Assembly: GCA_009859145.1 (NCBI GenBank)
Contig: VRVR01000048.1
Span: 1 to 64,000, forward strand
Direction of reading: 5' to 3'
Origin: Andalucia godoyi And28
Taxonomy: Eukaryota; Protista; Jakobida
Length of the DNA stretch: 64,000 nucleotides
Under the pieces are notes generated by a model. It had not been told where the DNA came from and did no database searches. It saw only the letters and a program-made list of their open reading frames with translations. A program made the position numbers and the translations under genes. Within the stretch, counting starts at the first letter, position 1, and every line of letters starts with the position of its first letter. This document shows, in pieces, positions 21,037 through 30,500 of this stretch.

Positions 21037-21282
21037 TAAATAATAAAAAAACTGCTGCTACCTTGCCAGCTGTACAACCCCCACCTATATTGAGAGGAAG
21101 TTGACAGTCGTCGAATTCGGCATGGGACATTCCTTCGTGCGTCCACCGAGGATCATTGAGCGAAGTATGAGAATGTTTGTGAAACCAGGTTTTTCCCGTC
21201 TTTACGAAGGAAAACAGAACACAACAAAACACAACAGAACAGAGAAAAGAACAGAGAAAAGAAGGCTTCGACTGGCGCATCC

Positions 21283-24200
21283 ATGACTGTGAGTGCGAAA
21301 GCGGTATCTGTTCTCTCAGAAGATGTGGATGTGATTGTCGATGTTTCTGCAAGAAAGCTGCATTGTGTTGCGCGCCTGACTTGTGCGCCTTCTGGAGCAT
21401 CGCTGCCCAACAGCCTGTCGCTACATGCCCGTCTCTTGGCCATTAAGAGCGTCAAAGTGAATGACACGTACTCCAAGGATTATGTATATACGGGTGAATC
21501 GACAGGACTTTCGCCCGATAGGATCATTGACTTGACTAAGGTGATTCACAAGTACTCGGCCTGCTGGGATCCGTCTCTGGAAATTCCGCTCAAGGGAGTC
21601 TCTGGGCAGTTTGTTATTGAAGTCCAGTATGAACTGAAGCATTTCATTGGAGGAGTGTTCTGGCACCAGTTCGAAGAGGAGTCGCTTGTGTATACAGACG
21701 ATGCACCATTGGCAGTGCGAAATTGGCTCCCGTGCGTGGATGAGCTCGGGTGCCACTCCAAGTTCTCGCTCTCAATATCGGTGCCGGAAGATTGGACTGC
21801 TTGCGCATCGGGTACCCTTGCCCAGATTCTCCCTGCTGCTGGAAATTGCAGGAAGTGGGTGTTCACTCCTACCCCAAGAGAAGTGCATGCTTCCCGCTTC
21901 GGATTTTGTGTGGGCACGCTTCCGTCCCACATTTCCAAGACCATCACAGGAACTTCGGACAGAGACTCGGAGAAGGTCTTTGTCAATATGTTCGGAACAA
22001 GCCCCATCACGGATGTGGCCGCCAAACTGGACTTTGCTGCAACTGCTGCATCGTCATTTTTCTCATTTGTTCCTTTGTTTCTTGGAACAACCAGCACGCG
22101 TGTTCTTGGCGGCAATTCGCTGTCCATTGTGTTTACAGATTCCATTCCTGGCTCATTTCTGTCGTTTGCAGGACTTCTTCTTGTGCATCCACGATTCTTG
22201 CCGGCACATCTGGAGTCCCTCGATCGGGTGAAAGCCGCGCATCAGGTTATGTTTTCCGGAATGGCGAGATGCATCCTTCGCACGCATTTCAGTGCATCCC
22301 ATTTCCATTCATTGTGGCTGGAAGAGTTTGTGTCGTACATGATCTCGGATGCGCTCCTTATTCATCTTTATGGTTTCAACTGGTTTGCGTGGATGATATC
22401 CGACGAAGAACAGAAGTTCTATGGGTACACCCATCCTCATGACTTCCTTCTGGCTCGCTGGCAAACGTTCTTGTTTGATGGCCCCATTGTGGAATCTGAC
22501 TTTTTCCCTTCTACACGCTCGTTGTCTGTTATGGCCTTCTCTGCCGCGTCTCGGTCAAGTCCGTTGTATTCTCAGAAGTTTACCCATCCGTCGGAATTGC
22601 TGACCCCTCGTCGCTCTCTTCTCTGCCGTCTCGTAGCCTACTACTTTCGAAGGACCCTGTTTTCCAGAACGTCTTCAGATGCGGTGTATCAACGAACACT
22701 GCAGGTCTTTTTTCACGGCGCTGTTAAAGCGGTCAATGCTGCGCATACCACCATTCCGTGGGATCGACTCCTGCATACCGATCGCTTTTTTCAGACGGTA
22801 GTTAAGGTCGGAAAGATGGAGTCTTCCTCTTTTGACGAGGATTTGATGAGTCGATTCACTACTCGATTCGTCCGCAACATTCCGGTGTTTCCTGTGGTTC
22901 GTGCAGCGTATGTCTTCGATGCAAAAGCCAGAAAACTGCGAGTGGCGATGAACGTGTCCTCCAACGAGCAGCTTATTGCGGATGGACCCCTAAGCATTGT
23001 TCTTCGCGAGCGTACGGTCATTGCGTCACATGCTACTGAAATCCGCGGAGAACGGTGCACCGCGGAAATGGATGTGAAAAGCAAGACTCCGACCCATGAT
23101 ATTTCCATGCCAGATCACCCGTTGCTCAAGGACCAGATTGCGTTGTGGAACGCCTCAACATCCCATCCACGATTTCCGGTGTACTACGTGCGACTGGATC
23201 CACTGCATGAACTTGGATATCGATGCATTGTCCGCCAGTCCTTGCGATCGCATTTGTTGGAGCTCGTGGATGCTGATGCTGATATTTTGACATTGAAAGA
23301 TGGTATTGATGGTGTTGTTCGCTTGCTGCTCACAGCGGAAGGCAAAGGAGACGGGCATTTCGTTACGGAGCTGGAAACCCGAGATGTCATCAAGACGCAT
23401 GAGTTTGGACTGTTGCAGGTTTTGCAACGCATCGTTGCGATGAAGGACCAGTATCCTGCCGTCCTTCGATGCCATGCTATTCGCGGGTTGGCACAGCTTG
23501 CTCCGGTCTATCCCAAAGCTCTGGAGTCCTTGCTAGGTCTATTTTCATCGGCGGTCTCAGCGCAATCTGATAACATGGCTATCGAGGACAAGTGGTCTTC
23601 AGACATGATTCTCGTACAGTGTGCATTCTCGTTGTCGAAAGTGGGCGGAAAAGAACCATTCGCTCGCCTGTGGGAACTCGTGCAACGAGTCTGGAACAAA
23701 GGGGATATAGCGGAGGATGTTCGTGCAAACTTGATGGTTGCTTTGTTTCTGTGCCATGTGGAAGAACAGGCGTTCGTGAGAGTGAAACTCGGCTTATGCC
23801 AGAAAATTCTGGAAGGTGCATCGTCCCCGGGGAAGAGTCGTGTGCATGCCGTTTTTGTCCAATGTGTTTTGCAACACCTTCCCTTTTTGCTTTCCTATTC
23901 AAATGATCGGTCATTTCTCCCAGAGTTTCTGGAGCGTGTTGTTTGTCCCTTTGCTCTCGTGGGTCACGACGCGGATACTCGTATTTCCGCGTGCTCCTGT
24001 CTTCTTTCCTTGACTACCGATGAGCTCACCACCGTGCAGTTCATCTTGGATGGCATTGATGTGGTGTACTCCACGCCCTACATTCGAGTTCTATTTATGC
24101 TGATCCTCGCCAACTACGACTCCTTTACCATTCCGTTTTTGGAAACTGTTCGTTTGAAGAGTGAGTTCTCTTATTTTAGTCAGCAAGTTTTCCAGCGGTT

Positions 24201-26031
24201 CATTTCTTCTCCAGTTGCAGAAGTGGATTCCCGTTTCTTCTTTGCTTCCGCTCGCTTCTATTCCCACTTGTTCGGTTTCCATCTACCGCCCTCGGTTTCA
24301 GGAGTTGCGGTTCCGAACTGGGTCGAAAAGGTTGCGGCGTTTCCAAAAGATTTGGTTGTCGTTCAGCCGCTTTCTCAGCCAGAACGGGCAGTTTCCGTCC
24401 CGTTTAAAAGAGAGAGGGATCCGAATTTCGTAGAGGAAAAGGAGAAAAAGATTGCCAAGCGACCTTCTATTTCGACGTATGCTCGCACGCCGGCGGCCGA
24501 TGGAGCTTCGTCTGTGGTGCCGTTTACACCAGCTGTTCCCAGCACTCCAGGTGCAGCTCGAGTAGGGACTTATGTCCCCAATCCGTACTCGCTTCGCTTT
24601 GTGCTCAAAATCGGACGTCACTGGGGAACCATGTTTTTGGATCCTAAGAATCCTCTGTCGAAGATTGTGGAATCCTCGATCCCCTTTGGGCTGGATGCAA
24701 TTTGGTTTGGAAAGTCCCTACTCCGTGTGCCGTTTCACATGCATCCACGGCTGCCAGACTGTTACACAACGCTTGGTAATTCAAATATGGTGACTCATCT
24801 CACGCAAGGCCAGGTGGCCTTCTGGCCTGCGAAGGAAGGATTTGCGGAAATTTTGATTCACGTTTCTGACAGCTCGCAATCGAGATACCAGCTTTTGGAA
24901 GAATGTTATCTTATTGGCACGATGGCGATGGGCTTTGATTACACCATTCCGGAAACGCCCGAAATCAGCGGGTGTTTGCCGGTACCGTGGCCAGGGATCT
25001 ATTCTAATGGCAGCCTCAACAAGTTTGCGAAAACCGTGGCAAGAGAGGCAACTTCCTCCGGCCTGTTGTTGGTTTCCATATGTCGATTTTCAGAGGTCCG
25101 CTTGTTTGTGAGAGGATTGGAATTCGGCATCGAAGTTGTACCGTCGGTGAAGGGCACGATCGCGTATGAAAACATCTGTGTCAACACGTTGGTGAGTCCT
25201 GGAGTTCTTTATCCTTGGACGAATCACGATTGTCACCTGGCGTATTTTCCGCTGCTACTGAATACGCCGCATGTTGAGAAAGCAAAAAACCAGGAACTGG
25301 TGAGGACCATTCTCACTCCTGGCGAAGTTGCATTGTGGATCCCAGCTGCACCGCCGGATGCGCCACTTGTTCCTCGCTCGGTCTCTCTCTGTGTTGGCTA
25401 TGGACGCTCCGTCTTTGACGATCATCTGTGTAGACTCAAGGCGCACGAGGACTGTGAGCTGTTTGGACGGTGCTATTCTCTGCGAGGTCTCGGGTCTGCG
25501 GTAGAGGAGCTAAAAACAACGCATGATCTGGACTTGTGCATGGTAGCTGCCCCTCCAAACTTGTCTTTTTTGCGAATTTCTGTCCCGGATTCGGATTTGG
25601 TGGTGGATGTGGAGGTGTACACGAACTTTCAAACGGGTCGAGATTTCATCGATTTTGTGCGAAAGAATTCTCAGCTTTCTCTGTCCTTGTCTCGTTTCCA
25701 GGAGACGCTCGTGTTTTGTCCGTTGCAAAACGCGACCGATGACGATTTTGAGGAGGTTTTTGAGGAATTCCCGCGGTCTTATCTCCGGGAAGGCGATATC
25801 GCCCTGTGCTGCTCAAGAGAGACACTCATCTGGAATCTTTATATTGGCTACAATGCGCTGCATCACCGCATTGACATCGATGAAAGTGAAGTGTGTCGGG
25901 TCTTTGGAAAGATGCTTTTGTGGTCTACAGAGAAGAAGGACAAGTTGAAAATGGCCCCGAATGGCACTCGAATCGTCATTGACGTGATGGACGTTATGCG
26001 CGGCTGGCCCGATGCGACACCATCAGTTTAA
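21283..26031 (+). CDS. TAF2: TFIID subunit 2 (inactive M1-aminopeptidase fold) with C-terminal triple cyclophilin-like repeats
   Basis: VRNWLPCVD...W..CASG; HEXXH absent at the expected site (followed by LWLEEFVSYM); YVRLDPLHE...RQ; HEAT-like region; three C-terminal repeats. Confidence 0.78.
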   Translation: MTVSAKAVSVLSEDVDVIVDVSARKLHCVARLTCAPSGASLPNSLSLHARLLAIKSVKVNDTYSKDYVYTGESTGLSPDRIIDLTKVIHKYSACWDPSLEIPLKGVSGQFVIEVQYELKHFIGGVFWHQFEEESLVYTDDAPLAVRNWLPCVDELGCHSKFSLSISVPEDWTACASGTLAQILPAAGNCRKWVFTPTPREVHASRFGFCVGTLPSHISKTITGTSDRDSEKVFVNMFGTSPITDVAAKLDFAATAASSFFSFVPLFLGTTSTRVLGGNSLSIVFTDSIPGSFLSFAGLLLVHPRFLPAHLESLDRVKAAHQVMFSGMARCILRTHFSASHFHSLWLEEFVSYMISDALLIHLYGFNWFAWMISDEEQKFYGYTHPHDFLLARWQTFLFDGPIVESDFFPSTRSLSVMAFSAASRSSPLYSQKFTHPSELLTPRRSLLCRLVAYYFRRTLFSRTSSDAVYQRTLQVFFHGAVKAVNAAHTTIPWDRLLHTDRFFQTVVKVGKMESSSFDEDLMSRFTTRFVRNIPVFPVVRAAYVFDAKARKLRVAMNVSSNEQLIADGPLSIVLRERTVIASHATEIRGERCTAEMDVKSKTPTHDISMPDHPLLKDQIALWNASTSHPRFPVYYVRLDPLHELGYRCIVRQSLRSHLLELVDADADILTLKDGIDGVVRLLLTAEGKGDGHFVTELETRDVIKTHEFGLLQVLQRIVAMKDQYPAVLRCHAIRGLAQLAPVYPKALESLLGLFSSAVSAQSDNMAIEDKWSSDMILVQCAFSLSKVGGKEPFARLWELVQRVWNKGDIAEDVRANLMVALFLCHVEEQAFVRVKLGLCQKILEGASSPGKSRVHAVFVQCVLQHLPFLLSYSNDRSFLPEFLERVVCPFALVGHDADTRISACSCLLSLTTDELTTVQFILDGIDVVYSTPYIRVLFMLILANYDSFTIPFLETVRLKSEFSYFSQQVFQRFISSPVAEVDSRFFFASARFYSHLFGFHLPPSVSGVAVPNWVEKVAAFPKDLVVVQPLSQPERAVSVPFKRERDPNFVEEKEKKIAKRPSISTYARTPAADGASSVVPFTPAVPSTPGAARVGTYVPNPYSLRFVLKIGRHWGTMFLDPKNPLSKIVESSIPFGLDAIWFGKSLLRVPFHMHPRLPDCYTTLGNSNMVTHLTQGQVAFWPAKEGFAEILIHVSDSSQSRYQLLEECYLIGTMAMGFDYTIPETPEISGCLPVPWPGIYSNGSLNKFAKTVAREATSSGLLLVSICRFSEVRLFVRGLEFGIEVVPSVKGTIAYENICVNTLVSPGVLYPWTNHDCHLAYFPLLLNTPHVEKAKNQELVRTILTPGEVALWIPAAPPDAPLVPRSVSLCVGYGRSVFDDHLCRLKAHEDCELFGRCYSLRGLGSAVEELKTTHDLDLCMVAAPPNLSFLRISVPDSDLVVDVEVYTNFQTGRDFIDFVRKNSQLSLSLSRFQETLVFCPLQNATDDDFEEVFEEFPRSYLREGDIALCCSRETLIWNLYIGYNALHHRIDIDESEVCRVFGKMLLWSTEKKDKLKMAPNGTRIVIDVMDVMRGWPDATPSV

Positions 26032-26147
26032 ACGATGCTTTAGATGCGGTGCCTCTTTTTCTTTTTTTCTTTTTTTTCCCCCCTTTCTTGTTGGCGTTTT
26101 CTGGACTGTCAGTTTCCTTCTTATTCTTCCCTCCTTTCCCCCGCTGT

Positions 26148-27116
26148 TCAGAGTTTCGATAATGCAAAGTCTGCATCCAGCTTGAGCATCATTTTTTCCT
26201 TGTCAGACGCAGAGGGCACTCCGCACAGAGCAATGCTCTTGGAGGCCGGCATTCGATCAAAGACAAAATCACCAGGCTTGACACCATTCCGCGCCAGCGC
26301 TGCATCTGGAGCAGCACACAGCCACACGAGCGTGTCTGCTCCTTGTGGCGGCTCGCGGAGCTTTCCCTCGAGCTTCTTTCTGAAATTCGGCAGATGCTCC
26401 TGCACCAACGGCGTGTCGACCCATCCTGGATGGCAAGAATATACATGTGCATTCTCGGCAGCAAGCACCTCGGCGAGTGCAACAACGGCCCTCTTGTTCT
26501 TGGCGTAGACTTTCAGCCCGTCCCACGGTTCAAAGTTCTTGCACTCCAGGTCATTCGCATCCAGAACCTCTGTGAGCATTCCACCCGAGCTCACCATGAT
26601 GATCCGTCCCGAAGACGCAGACACGGCCTCCTGCAACTCGCGAGCCAGCACAAATACGCTCAGCACGTTGGTTGCATACGACGCATCAAACCCCTCGTCT
26701 GTCGCCGTCCGTTTTGCATAGTGGTTCGCCGCATTCAGCACCAATCCGTGCAGTGGCCATTTCTCCGATCGGAACTGCTCCGCAAAGGACAGCACAGACT
26801 TTATGCAGCTCATGTCTGCAAGATGCACTCGCACGTCCGCATTCGGCACGTCCTCGATGATCTTCAGTCTGGCTGCCTCGGCCCTCTCTCGATTGCGACA
26901 CAGCATATGCACAACCGCCCCCAGCGACGCGAGTCCCCGAGCAGTTTCGAAGCCGATTCCAGAGTTTGATCCAGAAACGATAAAGTGACGATTCGACAAG
27001 TCCACATGCAGATCGGCAGCGTCGAATTTGGCCGCGTTTCGGAGAAATCCTTGTTTGGTGAAGTTGCGGTACCCACGGACGCCGAACACAAGCGTTTTGT
27101 AAAATTGAAACACCAT
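26148..27116 (-). CDS. DHRS12: Short-chain dehydrogenase/reductase, DHRS12-like, ending in SKL
   Basis: SGSNSGIG, VSSGGM, YAKNK, HPGWVDTP, QGADTLVWL; ATG at 27116. Confidence 0.85.
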   Translation of the reverse strand: MVFQFYKTLVFGVRGYRNFTKQGFLRNAAKFDAADLHVDLSNRHFIVSGSNSGIGFETARGLASLGAVVHMLCRNRERAEAARLKIIEDVPNADVRVHLADMSCIKSVLSFAEQFRSEKWPLHGLVLNAANHYAKRTATDEGFDASYATNVLSVFVLARELQEAVSASSGRIIMVSSGGMLTEVLDANDLECKNFEPWDGLKVYAKNKRAVVALAEVLAAENAHVYSCHPGWVDTPLVQEHLPNFRKKLEGKLREPPQGADTLVWLCAAPDAALARNGVKPGDFVFDRMPASKSIALCGVPSASDKEKMMLKLDADFALSKL

Positions 27117-27493
27117 CCCTTCCTCGCTTGCCTGAATGCAGTATAACCTGTATGTTTTCTTTCTTTTTCCTTTCTCTTTTCTTTTTTTTTTTTTTTCGTT
27201 TGTACCCACAAAGCTGATGATGCTCGATCACTACTACTATTATTATTATTTTTTATTTTATTTGAACTCGGTGTATGCTGTGCACGCGCAAAAAATCCAG
27301 CCAAAAAGCGTGAAAAGTGATGTTCGACTCCCCAAGCATCATTTGACGCTGAGATGTTCAAGTCGGGAGTCGGGGCCCCACTCGCTGCCAAATCGAGGCA
27401 AATTCCCTCTTGGTCTGGTATTTTCGTGCTCTGCAGTCTTCCCGACTTGTGGTGCGAACCTGGATTTTTCGCCGGGCGTGTCGAGTGTGAATT

Positions 27494-27522
27494 GTGGACT
27501 GCGGACTGCGGACTGCGGACTG
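27494..27522 (+). repeat. (GCGGACT)n heptamer repeat, 4 units, ending just before the NUP210 ATG
   Basis: GTGGACT followed by GCGGACT x3. Confidence 0.9.
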
Positions 27523-27525
27523 TGT

Positions 27526-30500
27526 ATGATGGGCCAATTGGGTGTTTTGGGTGTTCTGTTGGTGCTGACCAGCTGGGTTGCATCGGCACGGATGACTGCT
27601 CTTTCGACGCTGTCCCACACCGATGTTCTTCTGCCGTCAGACGTGGGAAATGTGAGTCTGATGATTCACGGTCATCACGGCTCGTGCTTAACCTGGAGTC
27701 TACTGTCTGGACACTCGTACTTGGTCTTTCGTCCTGGGTGCGATACTGCTCTGCTGTCCACAAAAGAAGCCAAAGTACATGCTGCTCTCGGTCAACCGCC
27801 GACTGGCGCGACGACGGTTGGGCTGCTGAAGGGCGGATCGGACTCGGTCACGGTCGTGCTTTCTCCGGTCGCCTCCATTGAGCTTTCGACGACGCGGCGG
27901 TTCTTGTACCGTAACGAGCCTGAAATTGTCCGTGTTATAGCAAAGGACCACCAGGGGAACACGTTTTCTTCGTTGGACGGAGCTCCCATTCGCTGGTCGA
28001 TTCTGGAAGACGACCACGCAGACGCACAGCTAGTGTCTGTAGACTCTGAGTCTGCTGATTGCATACTGTGCACAGATCGCATTACTGTTCTTGCAAAACT
28101 GATCGGTCGGGTGAAGCTGCAAGCTTGCTACAACTACAAGAACGAAAACCAAATGATGTGTGCTGCTGTCGAGTTTCGTTTTATAGAGAACGTGCACATT
28201 CTGCCTGAGGTGTATCGGCTGTTCCCTGGTGCAAGTGTCCACTACACCAGCAGCAGTGGGTCTGGTGAAGATCTCAAGAAACGGGATCTCGAGTGGAAGT
28301 CCTCCAACGACTCGGTCGGTACCATTTCAAAGCACGGCCTTTTTGAGGCACAACATGCCGGCATCACACGTGTATCCTTGTGGGATTTGCGAATGGGCCT
28401 GTCCTTGTCGTTTGTGGATGTGCTCGTCGCTCCGATCTCATCACTGCAAGTGTTGATCAACCATTCTCCCGCGTGCCAGGATCCAAGCGTTCCCAAGCCC
28501 GAGGCTACCGAAACAACCCTTATGCAAGGCATTGTGTATCCGTTAACTCTGATTCCTCTGGATGACCAGCGTCTTCCTTTTGATCCAGTTCTTGCAGATC
28601 AAGCAATGATTGAATGTTCTCCTTCCGTGTCGGATGTCCGGTGCGATGCTGGTGATAGCGTGTTGCAGAGAAGTCTGTCGGCCAGAACCCCGGCGTCTTT
28701 CCATCTTTCGTTGCATTTAAAGAAGTTTCGCGGAGCATACGGACTGACCAGCACCGTCCCCTTCACGGTCGAGGAACCTGTGCGGCTGCTTCCAAGGGCC
28801 GTTGTGCTTCCTCTGCTGTCGACGTTTGAAGTTGCTGTGCAGTCCGGGCAGCACGGGATTCGTCGGCTGGTGTCAACGGAAGGATCGACTGTGGATGCAG
28901 ATTCCACGAAATTGGTGGTTCGAAGCCAGTCCACTGTCGGACAATACAGGATAAGCGTGTGGAGTGAGAATTATGTGTGCAACCGAGATGCGGTCTTGTT
29001 GGAAGTCGAAGACGTTTCCTCCATCATCGCGGACAAAGGACCTCGAATGGCAGAGCTGTCCGAGCGCCTTCCAGTTGTTCTTAGCTTCTTTGATCATCGT
29101 GGACGGCATTTTCATAATACGTCTTCCATTTCAGTTTCATTTTGGGCAACCTCCAAGGACAGCCCACTCCGCAGCAAAGCAATCCCGGCAATGAGGATTT
29201 CCGAGAGGACATGGGAGTTGTTGCCAGCTGTTTCGGAGGGTCGGCATCGCGTCTCTATTCGAGCTTTTGAGTCTCCAAAGGGTCAGATAGAGGTTATCTA
29301 TTTTCCATCGCCAACATTGTCCAAATTGAATCCGCTGTTAGCACCAAGGGCTCACTACACGTGGCAAGTGCACGGAGGCCCTCTTCCATTTCTGCTTTCT
29401 CAGGACAAGATGATGGTAAGGGGAACAGAGATCCAGTGCATGTCAGTGCAGGAAATGCCAATACCAGCGAATGTGTCCCTGGTTGTGACACTGCAATCGA
29501 TTCCGGATGCAATACCATATTCTCTACATATCCCAGGACAGTATCGGTGCCACCCCATCCATCACAGCGAGCATTTCTTGTCCTTTTCTCAAAACGGGGA
29601 TCTGGCACTTCAACGAGATGTCGAAGGAAGGTACCTAACGTGGGTGGACGTGCCGATTTATGCTCGCGCACGTCTTCGGGACGCGCACGATGAGGAATTC
29701 GATGCTGTTGGGTTTGACACCTCGTCGTCTGTGTTGACGTTTGGTCATCCGGGCAACGTTCATCATGCAATACATGAACAATCTGTAGCATTTCGCGTCA
29801 TCGGGGGTCTTGTGGTGACACCGGCATCCATCAAGGTGTTTCCCTCTGATGGATGCGCGGTGCAGATTTGCTCCACGGATCATCGGGCCATCGAAGTGGT
29901 TTCTGGTCTCCCTGAGAGCTGGTCTGCGGACTCCAATGAAGGCGGGAGATGTTCACTGTTGAAGAAGAGTCATGCGGCCGGATTGGGCTTTCAGGAATCA
30001 ACCTACAACGTGAAATTCGTCGATTCCATGTGGCCGTCGAGAAAAATCTACCCATCCTCGTCTCTCGTTGCGCACGCACTCCTGTCCGTCGGCCTTCCCA
30101 AAAAGTTGAGCTTGAAATTTCAAAATGGCAATTTGGAAAGACACGTCCTGCAGGACTCACAGTTTGGTATTGCAGTTACATCAGACATCGAACACTGTTT
30201 TTCAATCGATTCTGCAAATGTCGTGTTCGTGTATGATCAAAATATTCTTCACATCGACTCTGCACACAAGTTCGCAGCACGGACTCCCGGATCAACGGAG
30301 ATATATGCTCAAATGGGAACCATCACATCGAATAAGATCGTCGTCCATGTATTGCCGACTTCACCTTTGGGTGAACGGGACATCTTCCTCTGGAAAGGGC
30401 ATTCGATGTTGCTCCCGATTGACCCAGGCCTGCTCAAATCCAAGTGCATTCCATCGTTCAACGTCTCGGATCCGCACATTGTCCGTTTTGTACGCCACAG

